64,000 nt of DNA from a virus. Made by a program: the position numbers and the translations under genes. The stretch is from IMG/VR virus record IMGVR_UViG_3300009550_000008. One strand, 5' to 3'. This document shows, in pieces, positions 9,487 to 19,385 of this stretch. The notes beneath the pieces were generated by a model. The model made no database searches and was not told the DNA's origin. It saw only the letters and a list, made by a program, of their open reading frames with translations. Every line of letters starts with the position of its first letter. Positions within the stretch are counted from its first letter, which is position 1.

Positions 9487-10733
9487 TGGAATATTTTTAC
9501 GGAATAGTTGAAGACAGACAAGACCCATTAAAGGTGGGTCGTGTGCGCGTGCGTATACACGGGATACATACGGATGATAAACTTTTAATTGCAACACCTG
9601 ATCTACCATGGTGTCAAGTTATTCTTCCAACAACTTCTGCAGCTCTATCAGGATTAGGAACAGGTCATGCTCTCGTAGAAGGGTCTACGGTATTCGGATA
9701 CTTTAGAGATAAAGCAAAACAAGACCCAATCATTCTTGGGAGTGCAGCGGGTATACCTCAAAATGGTTATAAGATTGATGTCGAAGATGCATTGATTACT
9801 AGATCAGGAGATAAAGGATTTAATGACCCGAGAAAATTAACAGTTGCAGATTATAACGACACACCCGATGGCCCGAACCCAGTTCAGGATTCAAGAAGGG
9901 GTTGGGGTCTTACAACTGCAATGGATACTGCACCAAAGACTCCAAAAGAATTAAAAATAAATTACGATAATACAGGTTCGACTATAGAAGAGTTAGAACT
10001 TACAGAGGATATGTTACCTTACTATCCTTTATATACAGATGAATCAGATTACTCATCACTTGCAAGAGGTTCAGTATTAGATCATACAATAAAAGGTGAT
10101 ATAGTTCACCCAGCAACACAAAAAATTCTATCAGACTTTGTTGATGTAGATTCTGCACCAGTATATCCATATAATAAAGTAACTCAATCTGAGTCAGGTC
10201 ATGTATTAGAAATAGATGACACACCGAAGAAAGAACGAATTAACATTCATCATAGATCAGGAACATTCCATGAGATTCATGCAGATGGTTCCGAAGTTAC
10301 TAGAATAGTAAACAATAATTATACTGCAATCCTTAAAGATGATAAAGTTTATATCGCTGGAAATGCAGACTTACAAGTAGGACACGGTAATGTGAACATA
10401 ACTATCGATACAGGTAATGTCGATATGAAAGTATTAAAGGGTAATGTGACCTCAGAGATTACAGAAGGAAATCTAAAAGCAGATATCCTCAAAGGAACAA
10501 CAGATGTATTATCAGAAGGTAAGATTACAATCACTGGTAATAACACAACAGAAATTATATCAAATACAACGATTGATGGAACACTTCATGTGACTGGAGA
10601 ACAAACAAATGACAAAGGTATTGTTGCAGAGGGTGAGATACAAACTAAGAAAGGTAACAAACCTAAACTTTCATCTCATACTCATACAATTGCTTCAGGT
10701 TCTTCGGCGGGTAAGACTAAGAAACCTGATTAG
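9483..10733 (+). CDS. gp5: Baseplate central spike gp5 (OB-fold and beta-helix, no lysozyme domain)
   Basis: GIVEDRQDPLKVGRVRVRIHG, YPYNKV..SESGH..EIDDTP..ERI..HRSGTF; C-terminal HTH motif. Confidence 0.9.
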   Translation: MMEYFYGIVEDRQDPLKVGRVRVRIHGIHTDDKLLIATPDLPWCQVILPTTSAALSGLGTGHALVEGSTVFGYFRDKAKQDPIILGSAAGIPQNGYKIDVEDALITRSGDKGFNDPRKLTVADYNDTPDGPNPVQDSRRGWGLTTAMDTAPKTPKELKINYDNTGSTIEELELTEDMLPYYPLYTDESDYSSLARGSVLDHTIKGDIVHPATQKILSDFVDVDSAPVYPYNKVTQSESGHVLEIDDTPKKERINIHHRSGTFHEIHADGSEVTRIVNNNYTAILKDDKVYIAGNADLQVGHGNVNITIDTGNVDMKVLKGNVTSEITEGNLKADILKGTTDVLSEGKITITGNNTTEIISNTTIDGTLHVTGEQTNDKGIVAEGEIQTKKGNKPKLSSHTHTIASGSSAGKTKKPD

Positions 10734-10737
10734 GATG

Positions 10738-10745
10738 TATAAATA
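10738..10745 (+). promoter_or_regulatory. T4-type late promoter TATAAATA
   Basis: Perfect consensus 5 nt before the gp25 ATG. Confidence 0.8.
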
Positions 10746-10750
10746 GTATT

Positions 10751-11167
10751 ATGGTCGATTATGTAAAACCCAAGTCAAAGAATGTTGCAACTCCAAATGC
10801 ATATAAGGATTTGGATTTATTGTTCACTGCACATCCTATTACAGGAGATGTTGCAACTAAATCGGACTCAGATGCAGTTCGTAGAGCAGTAAGAAATATA
10901 GTAATGACCAATTACTACGAGAGACCTTTTAAACCCAGTTTAGGTGGAAACATCAGAGGTCTATTGTTCGAATTAGATACGGACAGAAAAGTTAGACGGG
11001 CAAAGAAACATATAGCAGAAGCAATAGAAAATTTTGAACCTAGAGTTGAAAATGTAAGATGTAAATTTGATACAAGAGACAATAGTTTGGATGTAATCAT
11101 TTTCTATAACATTAAGAATGGTTTAACAAACCAAGAGCTTCAATTAACAGTTAATAGGACACGATAA
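10751..11167 (+). CDS. gp25: Baseplate wedge gp25
   Basis: YKDLDL.F..HP, AVRRAVRNIV.T...ERPF.P, FEPRV. Confidence 0.92.
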   Translation: MVDYVKPKSKNVATPNAYKDLDLLFTAHPITGDVATKSDSDAVRRAVRNIVMTNYYERPFKPSLGGNIRGLLFELDTDRKVRRAKKHIAEAIENFEPRVENVRCKFDTRDNSLDVIIFYNIKNGLTNQELQLTVNRTR

Positions 11168-13041
11168 TGGCAGTAAAAAGTTCACAAATAAATGTCACTG
11201 ATTTAGATTTTGATAACATATCAGATAACCTTAAAAATTATCTGAAAGGTCAATCTATATTTAAAGATTATAACTTTGAAGGTGCAACCTTATCAATATT
11301 GATAGACCTTCTTGCATATGCATCACATGTTGGTGCAGTAAACACTAACATTGCAGCTTCTGAGTTGTTTTTAGATTCTGCACAGATCAGAAAGAATGTT
11401 GTAAGTCGTGCAAAGGATTTAGGATTTGTTCCTTCATCAGAGAAAGCTTCTACTGCAACTGCAACTATGCAATTAAGAAATGTTAAAGGTGCAGATGGTA
11501 TAATCCCTGAACTAACTTCAATGATTATGCCGAGAGGTACAATCTTTACAACTACCTATGAAGGTACTAACTACGAATTTGTAACTGCAGAAACTTATAC
11601 ACCAAGTATCGACAACACAACATTCACATATAATGATATTGAATTAGTGCAAGGAACTTTTGCTCAAGATCAGTATGTGTTTGATTCACAAATTGCAAAC
11701 TCAAAGTTTGTATTATCAAATTCAAGAGTAGATAAATTAAGAATGACTGTTACTGTTAACTCAGGTGGAACATCTTCTACCTATTCTTTATCTACAGACA
11801 TTTCTAATATCACAACAACATCGAAGGTATACTATACTCAAGAAAACGAAGAAGGATTCATCGAGATATATTTTGGTGATGGTACATTAGGTACTAAACT
11901 ATTAGATGGTGATATTATTACAGTTGATTATATCATCGTTGATGATATTCATGCAGATGGAGCCAATAGATTCCAACAAACAACTGCAATTAATGGTTAT
12001 TCAGACTCATCAATCGTTGTTTCAGCAAAAGCAACGGGTGGTGCAGAGAAAGAATCTATCGAGTCAATTAAATTCAAAGCAACAAAGTTCTATACATCAC
12101 AGAACAGACTCGTAACACTAAACGACTACAAAGCAAAAGTACAAGAATACTATCCGAATGCAGATGCAGTTGCAGTATGGGGTGGTGAAGATAACGACCC
12201 GCCTGCATATGGTAAAGTATTCATTGCATTGAAACCAAACAATGCAGATTATCTTTCTGATACAGAAAAGAAATTAGTAAAGGATAATTTAAACAAACTA
12301 AATATGTTGACTGTTAGACCTGAGATAGTAGATGCAGATATCATCAAGATTCTAATTTCTACTACATTCAAATACAATCCAAATCTAACAACATTGACAG
12401 CTGGAGAATTAGCAACATTGGTTAAAGGAACAATCAATCAGTTTGATACTGATGAACTGAATGGATTCGATGCAATCTTTAGACATTCAAATCTATTAAA
12501 GACAATTGATGCAGCTGATTCATCAATCTTATCTAATACAACAAACATAAGACTTAAAAAGAAATTAAAAGGAACTGTATCTACTACTCCAAAAGGATAT
12601 ACAGTTTCTATGGGTAACCCACTATACAATCCTCATTCAGGACACAATGCTATGAGTGGTGGGATTATCACAACAACAGGATTTAAGGTCGGAGGTGACT
12701 CTGTTAATACCTATTACTTTGACGATGACGGTGCTGGTAATGTTAGAAGGTATTATCTCTCAGGTGCAACTCGGGTCTATAAGGACAATGCAGCTGGTGT
12801 AGTTAACTATGCCACTGGATTAGTAACAATCAATGCCTTCATTTTGACCTCAACGGTTAATACTGATACATCGATTGACTTTACAGTGATTCCTTCGGGA
12901 AATGATGTCGTTGCAGAAAGAGGTAACTTAATTGATATCTCTAGTGATGACATTAGTGTCACTGGACAAGTAGACACCATCGCAAGTGGTGAATCAAGTG
13001 CTGGTATAGGGTTCGAAACAACCTCAACCAGTAGTTATTAA
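11167..13041 (+). CDS. gp6: Baseplate wedge gp6
   Basis: LDFD.I..NLK.YL, FKDYNFEG, FLDSAQIR..VVS.AK, IYFGDG, QNRLVT..DY, WGGED. Confidence 0.93.
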   Translation: MAVKSSQINVTDLDFDNISDNLKNYLKGQSIFKDYNFEGATLSILIDLLAYASHVGAVNTNIAASELFLDSAQIRKNVVSRAKDLGFVPSSEKASTATATMQLRNVKGADGIIPELTSMIMPRGTIFTTTYEGTNYEFVTAETYTPSIDNTTFTYNDIELVQGTFAQDQYVFDSQIANSKFVLSNSRVDKLRMTVTVNSGGTSSTYSLSTDISNITTTSKVYYTQENEEGFIEIYFGDGTLGTKLLDGDIITVDYIIVDDIHADGANRFQQTTAINGYSDSSIVVSAKATGGAEKESIESIKFKATKFYTSQNRLVTLNDYKAKVQEYYPNADAVAVWGGEDNDPPAYGKVFIALKPNNADYLSDTEKKLVKDNLNKLNMLTVRPEIVDADIIKILISTTFKYNPNLTTLTAGELATLVKGTINQFDTDELNGFDAIFRHSNLLKTIDAADSSILSNTTNIRLKKKLKGTVSTTPKGYTVSMGNPLYNPHSGHNAMSGGIITTTGFKVGGDSVNTYYFDDDGAGNVRRYYLSGATRVYKDNAAGVVNYATGLVTINAFILTSTVNTDTSIDFTVIPSGNDVVAERGNLIDISSDDISVTGQVDTIASGESSAGIGFETTSTSSY

Positions 13042-13111
13042 TAAATGAATAAAGTGGTCGGGAGTCCCCCGAGTAGTTTCCCATTCAATTGGATTATAGG
13101 AGGAAAATAGA

Positions 13112-13579
13112 ATGGCAGATAAAAAAATAACCGCGTTGACGGTAATGAATGGTTCCGAGGTTTCAGGTACAGACATATTACATGTTGTAGATGACCCTAG
13201 TGGAACTCCAGTAAACAAAAGACTTGCAATTTCGAGTCTTTTTGAAAACATCCCAACTCATTTGGCGATTAATGACTTGAATGCAGTTAGTGCTTCAGGT
13301 TCAATCAATGACGGTGGTGTTGTAGTAGTTGATGCTGATTCAATCGGTGCAAACATGGCTCTAACACTATCTGACTCAAGTGATGTCGGAGAACTTAAAA
13401 TCCTTGTGATCGCAACAGACCCAGCTGGAAGTTATGATGTCGTATTGACACCTTCAACTTTCAACAACGGAACCACAATCACTTTCACAGATAAAGGCGA
13501 TAGCTGCATCTTGATTTGGTTAGGTAACGCAAATGGTGGTTGGAATGTGATTTCAAATATTGGTGGTACAATCGCCTAA
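13112..13579 (+). CDS. Putative virion structural/decoration protein (155 aa)
   Basis: AGGAGG SD; [11 protein letters not shown]-terminus; beta-rich; between gp6 and gp7. Confidence 0.6.
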   Translation: MADKKITALTVMNGSEVSGTDILHVVDDPSGTPVNKRLAISSLFENIPTHLAINDLNAVSASGSINDGGVVVVDADSIGANMALTLSDSSDVGELKILVIATDPAGSYDVVLTPSTFNNGTTITFTDKGDSCILIWLGNANGGWNVISNIGGTIA

Positions 13580-13585
13580 TAATAT

Positions 13586-16500
13586 ATGTCTAAGAATGCT
13601 CTTAATGTTGACAGGATATCAGATAGGATATCATCACTTCTTCCTGATTTTGTTCAGGACGAAGCACCAGTATTTGAGCAATTTCTAAAAGCATATTATG
13701 AATTCCTAGAGGCTGAAGTTTTAACACTTGAGTCTCTAGGGGATTCTGACCCGTTTCAATTAGAAGACGGACAAGGAAACATTCTAGCTGAAACTGCTAC
13801 TAGCGGTGCATCACCCGATGCAGAAACCTCTAAGTTACTGAATGAGAAATATGATACACAAAACTTAACGGTTGACCCGTTTAAAGTTGGTGATTATATT
13901 GTCGGTAAGAAAACAAAGACCGTTGCAAAGATTAACATAATCAACGGAACTACTTTTTATACTGAGACTATTCATGGAACAGGTTTCGATAAGGGAGAGA
14001 CCGTAGAAACAAGGCAAGGTAATAACGAAGCAAAAGTTAAATCCTTCAAACAGAATACAGTCCTTGCAAGTAATCAACTATTAGATTATTCTGATATTGA
14101 TAATACAACGGAAGAGTTTCTAGACTACTTCCAAAAAGATTTCATACCATCGTTAGACTTGGACGATACAAAAGATGCAAGATTAACGATCAAGAACATT
14201 AGTGACCTTTATCAAAAGAAAGGTACGAAAGAATCAGTAGAATTCTTACTTAGACTATTATATGGTCAAGACGCAGAGATTAGATATCTCATAGACGAAA
14301 CAATTCAGATTTCAGAATCAGGACACAATCATCAAAGAAGGATTGCTGTCGTTATGGACGATCTTAACACTATACCAAGTGCAACAGATAAGGTTGTTCA
14401 GTATGGTGCAGATGGTATTTCAATTCTAGCTGAATCTATAGTAGAAAATGTATACATCATTAATACTGAGAGAGCAGAGTATTCAATAGAGGTTACAGAT
14501 AATCACTTTGGTACTTTTGAGGATGAGTATCCATGTACATTTGTAGATAGAGACGGAGTAACAAAGGTTACTGGTCGTGCAAAGGGTATTCTATCAGGTC
14601 TTGATAATACTCGTTCATCTATTTATGTTGCCCAAGAAGATGGTGATACTCTACTATTAGAGAGTCCACAAATATCAGGTAATATTACAACTGCAAATGG
14701 AACTAAGTCTTTAATAGGTGCAAGTTCTAAGTTCTTATCTGAACTAAAAGTTGGTGATACGATTAAGTATAAAGTATCAACCACAACATATACTTCTGAA
14801 ATTGCAACAATTACAGATGATGTAACTGCAACCTTAGTTGCAAATGCATCAGTGACAGCAGAGAATGTAGATTACTTTAATGACTCTCTTGCTGGAGGTA
14901 TATTGAATGAACATCAAAGTTTCGGTTCGATGTATTCACTTAATGACCCACTTATTTTTACAGACGGTAAAGCAGGAAGAGATGTAGTAAAAGCAAAAGG
15001 TGTAATCGATGGATTACGAAGAGGTGGTGTCGAGAAAGTATTCATCGAAGAGGGAGGAACAGGTTACAACGGTGGAGATATCATTGTCTTTGATAACTCT
15101 AATGCAGATGGTAACGCTGCAGAAGCTGTTATCGGTGCAATCGAAGATGTTGTAATTGCAGAGAACAGAACTGAATGGGGTCAATTTCAAATTACTGCAA
15201 CAGCAGGACAAACTCTATTCAACGGTACAGACGATAATGGTCAACTTATTTTATTCAACGATAATTCAGTAACGGTTTTCGTTGATGGTGTTGAGAAAAC
15301 ACCTTACACAGATTATACATTTAAAAATGATCGAGTTACATTTACCAGTGGACAATCTGCTGGTGCAGTTATAGAAATATACACAGATTTTAATAACATC
15401 CTATTAGAAGATGGAGATAGGATACAACTCCATACAACCGAATCACATATTAGAAGTGTTACGGTTACATCGACAGGCACAGGTTATACAACACTACCTC
15501 AATGTTTCCCAGGCGGTTACATTTACTTAGACCCAGCAGACTTATCAGGATATCAAGTTAACGAGGTTGTAACAGGTGGTACATCAAATGCAACTGCAAC
15601 AGTCGTAAGAATAGAAACAGATAAAGATAGATTAGTAGTTAAGAGACTACACACTGATACAGGACAATTCACTTCAACAGGAGAATTAATAACAGGTGGT
15701 ACATCAGGTACAGCTAAGACTGCAAAACAAATCAAAGTATCAAGTGGTACTGGTGCAAAACTTATTCCATTCTCAACAGAGATCGGAGGAGTAGGTTCAC
15801 TTAACATTCAAGAACAAGGATATAACTTTAGAGAGAATCAAGTAATGGATTCAACATCACATTATAAGATGTTGGTAACTACTCCATCGGCTTCTCTTAC
15901 AGGTAACCTAACAGTTACAGGAAAAATAACAGGGGCAACAGGTAAAGTTGTATCTTATAATGCAAACCAACATGTATTAACCTTTACAGATTTAGATGGT
16001 CATTTCCTTGACAACGAAGTAGTCGGGTTTAATAACAACGATACATTTAAATGTTTAAGTTTCAATCCCTTCCAAGCAAGAGGACAGCTTGGTGCAGAAG
16101 GAATTATTCAAAGACAGTTAGTTACAAATAATTCAACACTAGATGAATCTGCATCTAATATTCATGATGGTTTATTCTATCAGACACACTCTTACATTAT
16201 TAAAGTTGGTGAGAGTATAAACAAATATAGAGCAATTGTCAAGGACTTAGTTCACCCATCAGGTCATATCTTCTTTGGTGAGGTTGCAGTTAAAGAAACT
16301 GTAAACCCATTCGATGAAGTATTAGTAGAAGACCCACTTACAGGTGAATTAACATTACCTAGAAATACAATGGGTGTCGAAACTGCCCAAGATGGTAGTG
16401 CATTAAACAGATTTACCTTTGTACCTACAATCGTTATTAAGGGTGTACCAACACATCATATCGATTTAGAGAATGCAACAAGAACCAATTACTTGTCTCT

Positions 16501-17875
16501 CGATGTTAGAGATGACGAATCAAATATGGTTCTAGAAGATGGTTCACATGTACTATTAGAATCATCACCTGATGTCAATGCAATTACAGAATATCTAAAA
16601 GAGGTATTGATATATCCACACTATGATGACCCAAGTGTGATCGAACCTCTAATGACTTACATGCCTACAGACTTGACGGGTTATAGTGCAAACTTAGAAC
16701 ATCAACAAGGTCATGTTAACCTTATTCTAATAAAGAGTAAGGCAGAAGCAAAAGTCAATACACCTATGAGAAATGAAATACATTCAAGACATATCAGTCA
16801 CGATGTATCAGTAGAAAACAATGGGGTCAGAAATGTTTATGTAATAAACGGTGTAAGACAAAAGACATTACAATTACAAACTGGTCATACATATTACTTT
16901 GGTCATAGTGCTTCACATCCATTTAAGTTTTCAACAACAAATAATGGTTCCCATGCAAGTGGAACAGAATATTCAACGGGTGTATCTTATCTAAACCAAT
17001 GTACAGTAATTACAGTTACAGGTTCGACACCAACAACATTATATTACTATTGTGATAACCATACACTTATGGGTGGTGCAATCAATATAACAAGTGGTGA
17101 TAATAGAGCAACCTCATTAAGTATAGACAATGTAAACAATCCATCTCATAGTCCATACGAAAGAAGAGCAGAATTATACAGACAAGCGGACTCAGGTATT
17201 GTTATACCTTCATATCATCCTTTTGATGAAGAAGCAATCGTTTTCGAAGATGGATTCAAGATCATTATCGATAATGAAACACATTTCATTAGAGAAGAGT
17301 ATGAACCAATATATGAAAATTCATTCTTTATGAATGAAGCAGGTAGTGGTATGGGTGCAAGGTTTGTAACAGAGGATGGAGATACTCTTTCTTTAGAGGA
17401 TGGTTCATATGTTGCACAGAATACCGAATACCTTGGTACTGAGAGAGTACAAAACAATGCAAACTTTCAGATTCTTGCAGAGGATGGTGATAGGCTAACA
17501 CTTGAGGATGGTGGAAGCATTGTAGACGAGAGAACTCAGGGTAATACTTTAAGTTCATATGTTCCATTTGGAAATAAGATTGGTGACCTAAATAAAATAG
17601 TAAACCAAAACACTTATGACATTGCATATTACTTATTAGACGAGAGTATTGCAAATGATAGTGATGAAGATAGAATAGTGTTAGAAGACGGACACGGTTC
17701 TTTATTATTAGAGTCATCAAAAAACAGAACATTAAGTTTTGAAGATATGGATGCGTTCCTACCTAACTTTAGAATTAAGGACTTTGATGAGAAATTTAAC
17801 AAGAGGACTAATATAACTTGGAACGCAGTTATAAAATCCTCAAATATTACGAATTCAACATTGAGTTCTTTATAA
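13586..17875 (+). CDS. gp7: Baseplate wedge initiator gp7-like (1429 aa) with LEDG repeats and a cupredoxin-like insert
   Basis: LPDFV...F..FLKAYYEFLE, LYQKKGT..S..FL.RLLYG, IHDGLFYQ.HSY.IK, LVHPSG; between gp6 and gp8. Confidence 0.8.
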   Translation: MSKNALNVDRISDRISSLLPDFVQDEAPVFEQFLKAYYEFLEAEVLTLESLGDSDPFQLEDGQGNILAETATSGASPDAETSKLLNEKYDTQNLTVDPFKVGDYIVGKKTKTVAKINIINGTTFYTETIHGTGFDKGETVETRQGNNEAKVKSFKQNTVLASNQLLDYSDIDNTTEEFLDYFQKDFIPSLDLDDTKDARLTIKNISDLYQKKGTKESVEFLLRLLYGQDAEIRYLIDETIQISESGHNHQRRIAVVMDDLNTIPSATDKVVQYGADGISILAESIVENVYIINTERAEYSIEVTDNHFGTFEDEYPCTFVDRDGVTKVTGRAKGILSGLDNTRSSIYVAQEDGDTLLLESPQISGNITTANGTKSLIGASSKFLSELKVGDTIKYKVSTTTYTSEIATITDDVTATLVANASVTAENVDYFNDSLAGGILNEHQSFGSMYSLNDPLIFTDGKAGRDVVKAKGVIDGLRRGGVEKVFIEEGGTGYNGGDIIVFDNSNADGNAAEAVIGAIEDVVIAENRTEWGQFQITATAGQTLFNGTDDNGQLILFNDNSVTVFVDGVEKTPYTDYTFKNDRVTFTSGQSAGAVIEIYTDFNNILLEDGDRIQLHTTESHIRSVTVTSTGTGYTTLPQCFPGGYIYLDPADLSGYQVNEVVTGGTSNATATVVRIETDKDRLVVKRLHTDTGQFTSTGELITGGTSGTAKTAKQIKVSSGTGAKLIPFSTEIGGVGSLNIQEQGYNFRENQVMDSTSHYKMLVTTPSASLTGNLTVTGKITGATGKVVSYNANQHVLTFTDLDGHFLDNEVVGFNNNDTFKCLSFNPFQARGQLGAEGIIQRQLVTNNSTLDESASNIHDGLFYQTHSYIIKVGESINKYRAIVKDLVHPSGHIFFGEVAVKETVNPFDEVLVEDPLTGELTLPRNTMGVETAQDGSALNRFTFVPTIVIKGVPTHHIDLENATRTNYLSLDVRDDESNMVLEDGSHVLLESSPDVNAITEYLKEVLIYPHYDDPSVIEPLMTYMPTDLTGYSANLEHQQGHVNLILIKSKAEAKVNTPMRNEIHSRHISHDVSVENNGVRNVYVINGVRQKTLQLQTGHTYYFGHSASHPFKFSTTNNGSHASGTEYSTGVSYLNQCTVITVTGSTPTTLYYYCDNHTLMGGAINITSGDNRATSLSIDNVNNPSHSPYERRAELYRQADSGIVIPSYHPFDEEAIVFEDGFKIIIDNETHFIREEYEPIYENSFFMNEAGSGMGARFVTEDGDTLSLEDGSYVAQNTEYLGTERVQNNANFQILAEDGDRLTLEDGGSIVDERTQGNTLSSYVPFGNKIGDLNKIVNQNTYDIAYYLLDESIANDSDEDRIVLEDGHGSLLLESSKNRTLSFEDMDAFLPNFRIKDFDEKFNKRTNITWNAVIKSSNITNSTLSSL

Positions 17876-17889
17876 ATAGTATATAAATA
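17871..17889 (+). promoter_or_regulatory. Two tandem T4 late promoters (TATAAATA at 17871 and 17882)
   Basis: Two perfect consensus copies upstream of gp8. Confidence 0.7.
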
Positions 17890-17917
17890 ATCTATAGTAT
17901 AACGGAGATTTAGAAAA

Positions 17918-19351
17918 ATGGCAGCAATTATAACCGAAAAGTTTCGAACACATAGTGCGAAACAATTCATAGAAGATTTTGGAGAAGCAGCTTCTTCAAC
18001 TTATATGTTCATAGGTAGATCATACCCTTGGACAGATGACACATCACCCCCAACACCAGCAAATTCAGTTGGTGAAGAAATGGATGCATATTCAGACATG
18101 GTAGCAATGAAGAAAGTTTCTTCTGCTGATGTCACTCATGCAATTTCTAGAAAAAACTGGACATCAGGTACTAATTACGATGAGTTTGACCACACTATCA
18201 GTGCAAGTAATACTTCATCAGCATCAAGTGCCACTAACATTTATGACTCAAACTTTTATGTCATAACTGATGACTACCATGTTTATAAGTGTTTAAGAAC
18301 AGGAAGAGCAGACAACGGTTCAGTTGTTGCATCAACTGTTAAACCAACAGGAACCAGTGCAACTGCATTAGTTGAAACCAGTGATACTGGTGCTGGAACT
18401 GGAAGAGGATATCTTTGGAAGTACATGTATACTGTATCAGCTGCCGATACAATTAAATTTGTTACTACAGATTTCATCCCCGTCAAAACTATTGGTGCTC
18501 AAACAGAACTTGGTGGAACCTCAGACGATGGTACATCACAATGGGATGTTGAGAACAATGCTGTAGATGGTGGAATTCTCCATGTTAAAGTCTCCACTGC
18601 TGGAGCTGGTTACACTCAAGGTAACTACACCTCAGTTGCAATTAATGGAGACGGTTCAAGTGGTGTATGTACAGTTCATGTCAATGCATCAGGTGCCGTT
18701 TCTCATGTAACAGTTACAACAAATGGTTCAGGATACAAAAGAGCAAGTATCAATGTAAATGCTATCTCAGGAATCGGTTCTCCTTCAACGAATGCAGTAG
18801 TAACACCAATCATCTCTCCACAATACGGACACGGTGCAAACCCAGTTGAAGAACTAGGTGGAAACTTTGTGTTGGTAAACTCAAGACTTGAGTTTGCAGA
18901 AGGTTCAGGTGATTTCCCAACAGACAACGACTTTAGAAGAATTGGTCTAATTCAAGACCCATTCTCATCAGGTACTACAGTTGCAACAGGTACTAACTAT
19001 GCAGCTTATCATAAGATGACTTTATCATCAGTGTCAGGATTGTCAGTTGATGATACTATTATGGATGCAAATGCAGACGGAAGTGGTGTTGCAGTATCTA
19101 GAATTGTTTCTATAAGTGGTAATGTGGTATCTCATATCCCTCAAGCAAATAATGCTGGTGGATATGCAAACTTTGCGGGTTCTGATACAGTTTATAAAGG
19201 TTCGACCTCTATTGGAACTGTTTCAAGTGTGGACGCAACTTTCCCTGAGATTGTCAAGTACAGTGGTAACATCATGTATGTTGAAAACAGGGGAGCAGTC
19301 ACTAGGGCTGCAGATCAGATTGAAGATATCAAGCTGATCATTCAGATGTAA
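17918..19351 (+). CDS. gp8: Baseplate wedge gp8
   Basis: MAAIITEKFR, YHVYKCL, GYLWKYMY, GHGANPVEELGG, NDFRRIGL, YVENR...RA.DQIEDIKLII. Confidence 0.9.
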   Translation: MAAIITEKFRTHSAKQFIEDFGEAASSTYMFIGRSYPWTDDTSPPTPANSVGEEMDAYSDMVAMKKVSSADVTHAISRKNWTSGTNYDEFDHTISASNTSSASSATNIYDSNFYVITDDYHVYKCLRTGRADNGSVVASTVKPTGTSATALVETSDTGAGTGRGYLWKYMYTVSAADTIKFVTTDFIPVKTIGAQTELGGTSDDGTSQWDVENNAVDGGILHVKVSTAGAGYTQGNYTSVAINGDGSSGVCTVHVNASGAVSHVTVTTNGSGYKRASINVNAISGIGSPSTNAVVTPIISPQYGHGANPVEELGGNFVLVNSRLEFAEGSGDFPTDNDFRRIGLIQDPFSSGTTVATGTNYAAYHKMTLSSVSGLSVDDTIMDANADGSGVAVSRIVSISGNVVSHIPQANNAGGYANFAGSDTVYKGSTSIGTVSSVDATFPEIVKYSGNIMYVENRGAVTRAADQIEDIKLIIQM

Positions 19352-19385
19352 TTGATTACATCTTTAATTAACATAAGAGTAAACT

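Noticed and set aside
13042-13111. Possible ncRNA between gp6 and the next gene
   Set aside because: Only one short stem (TCGGG/CCCGA); too little to call.
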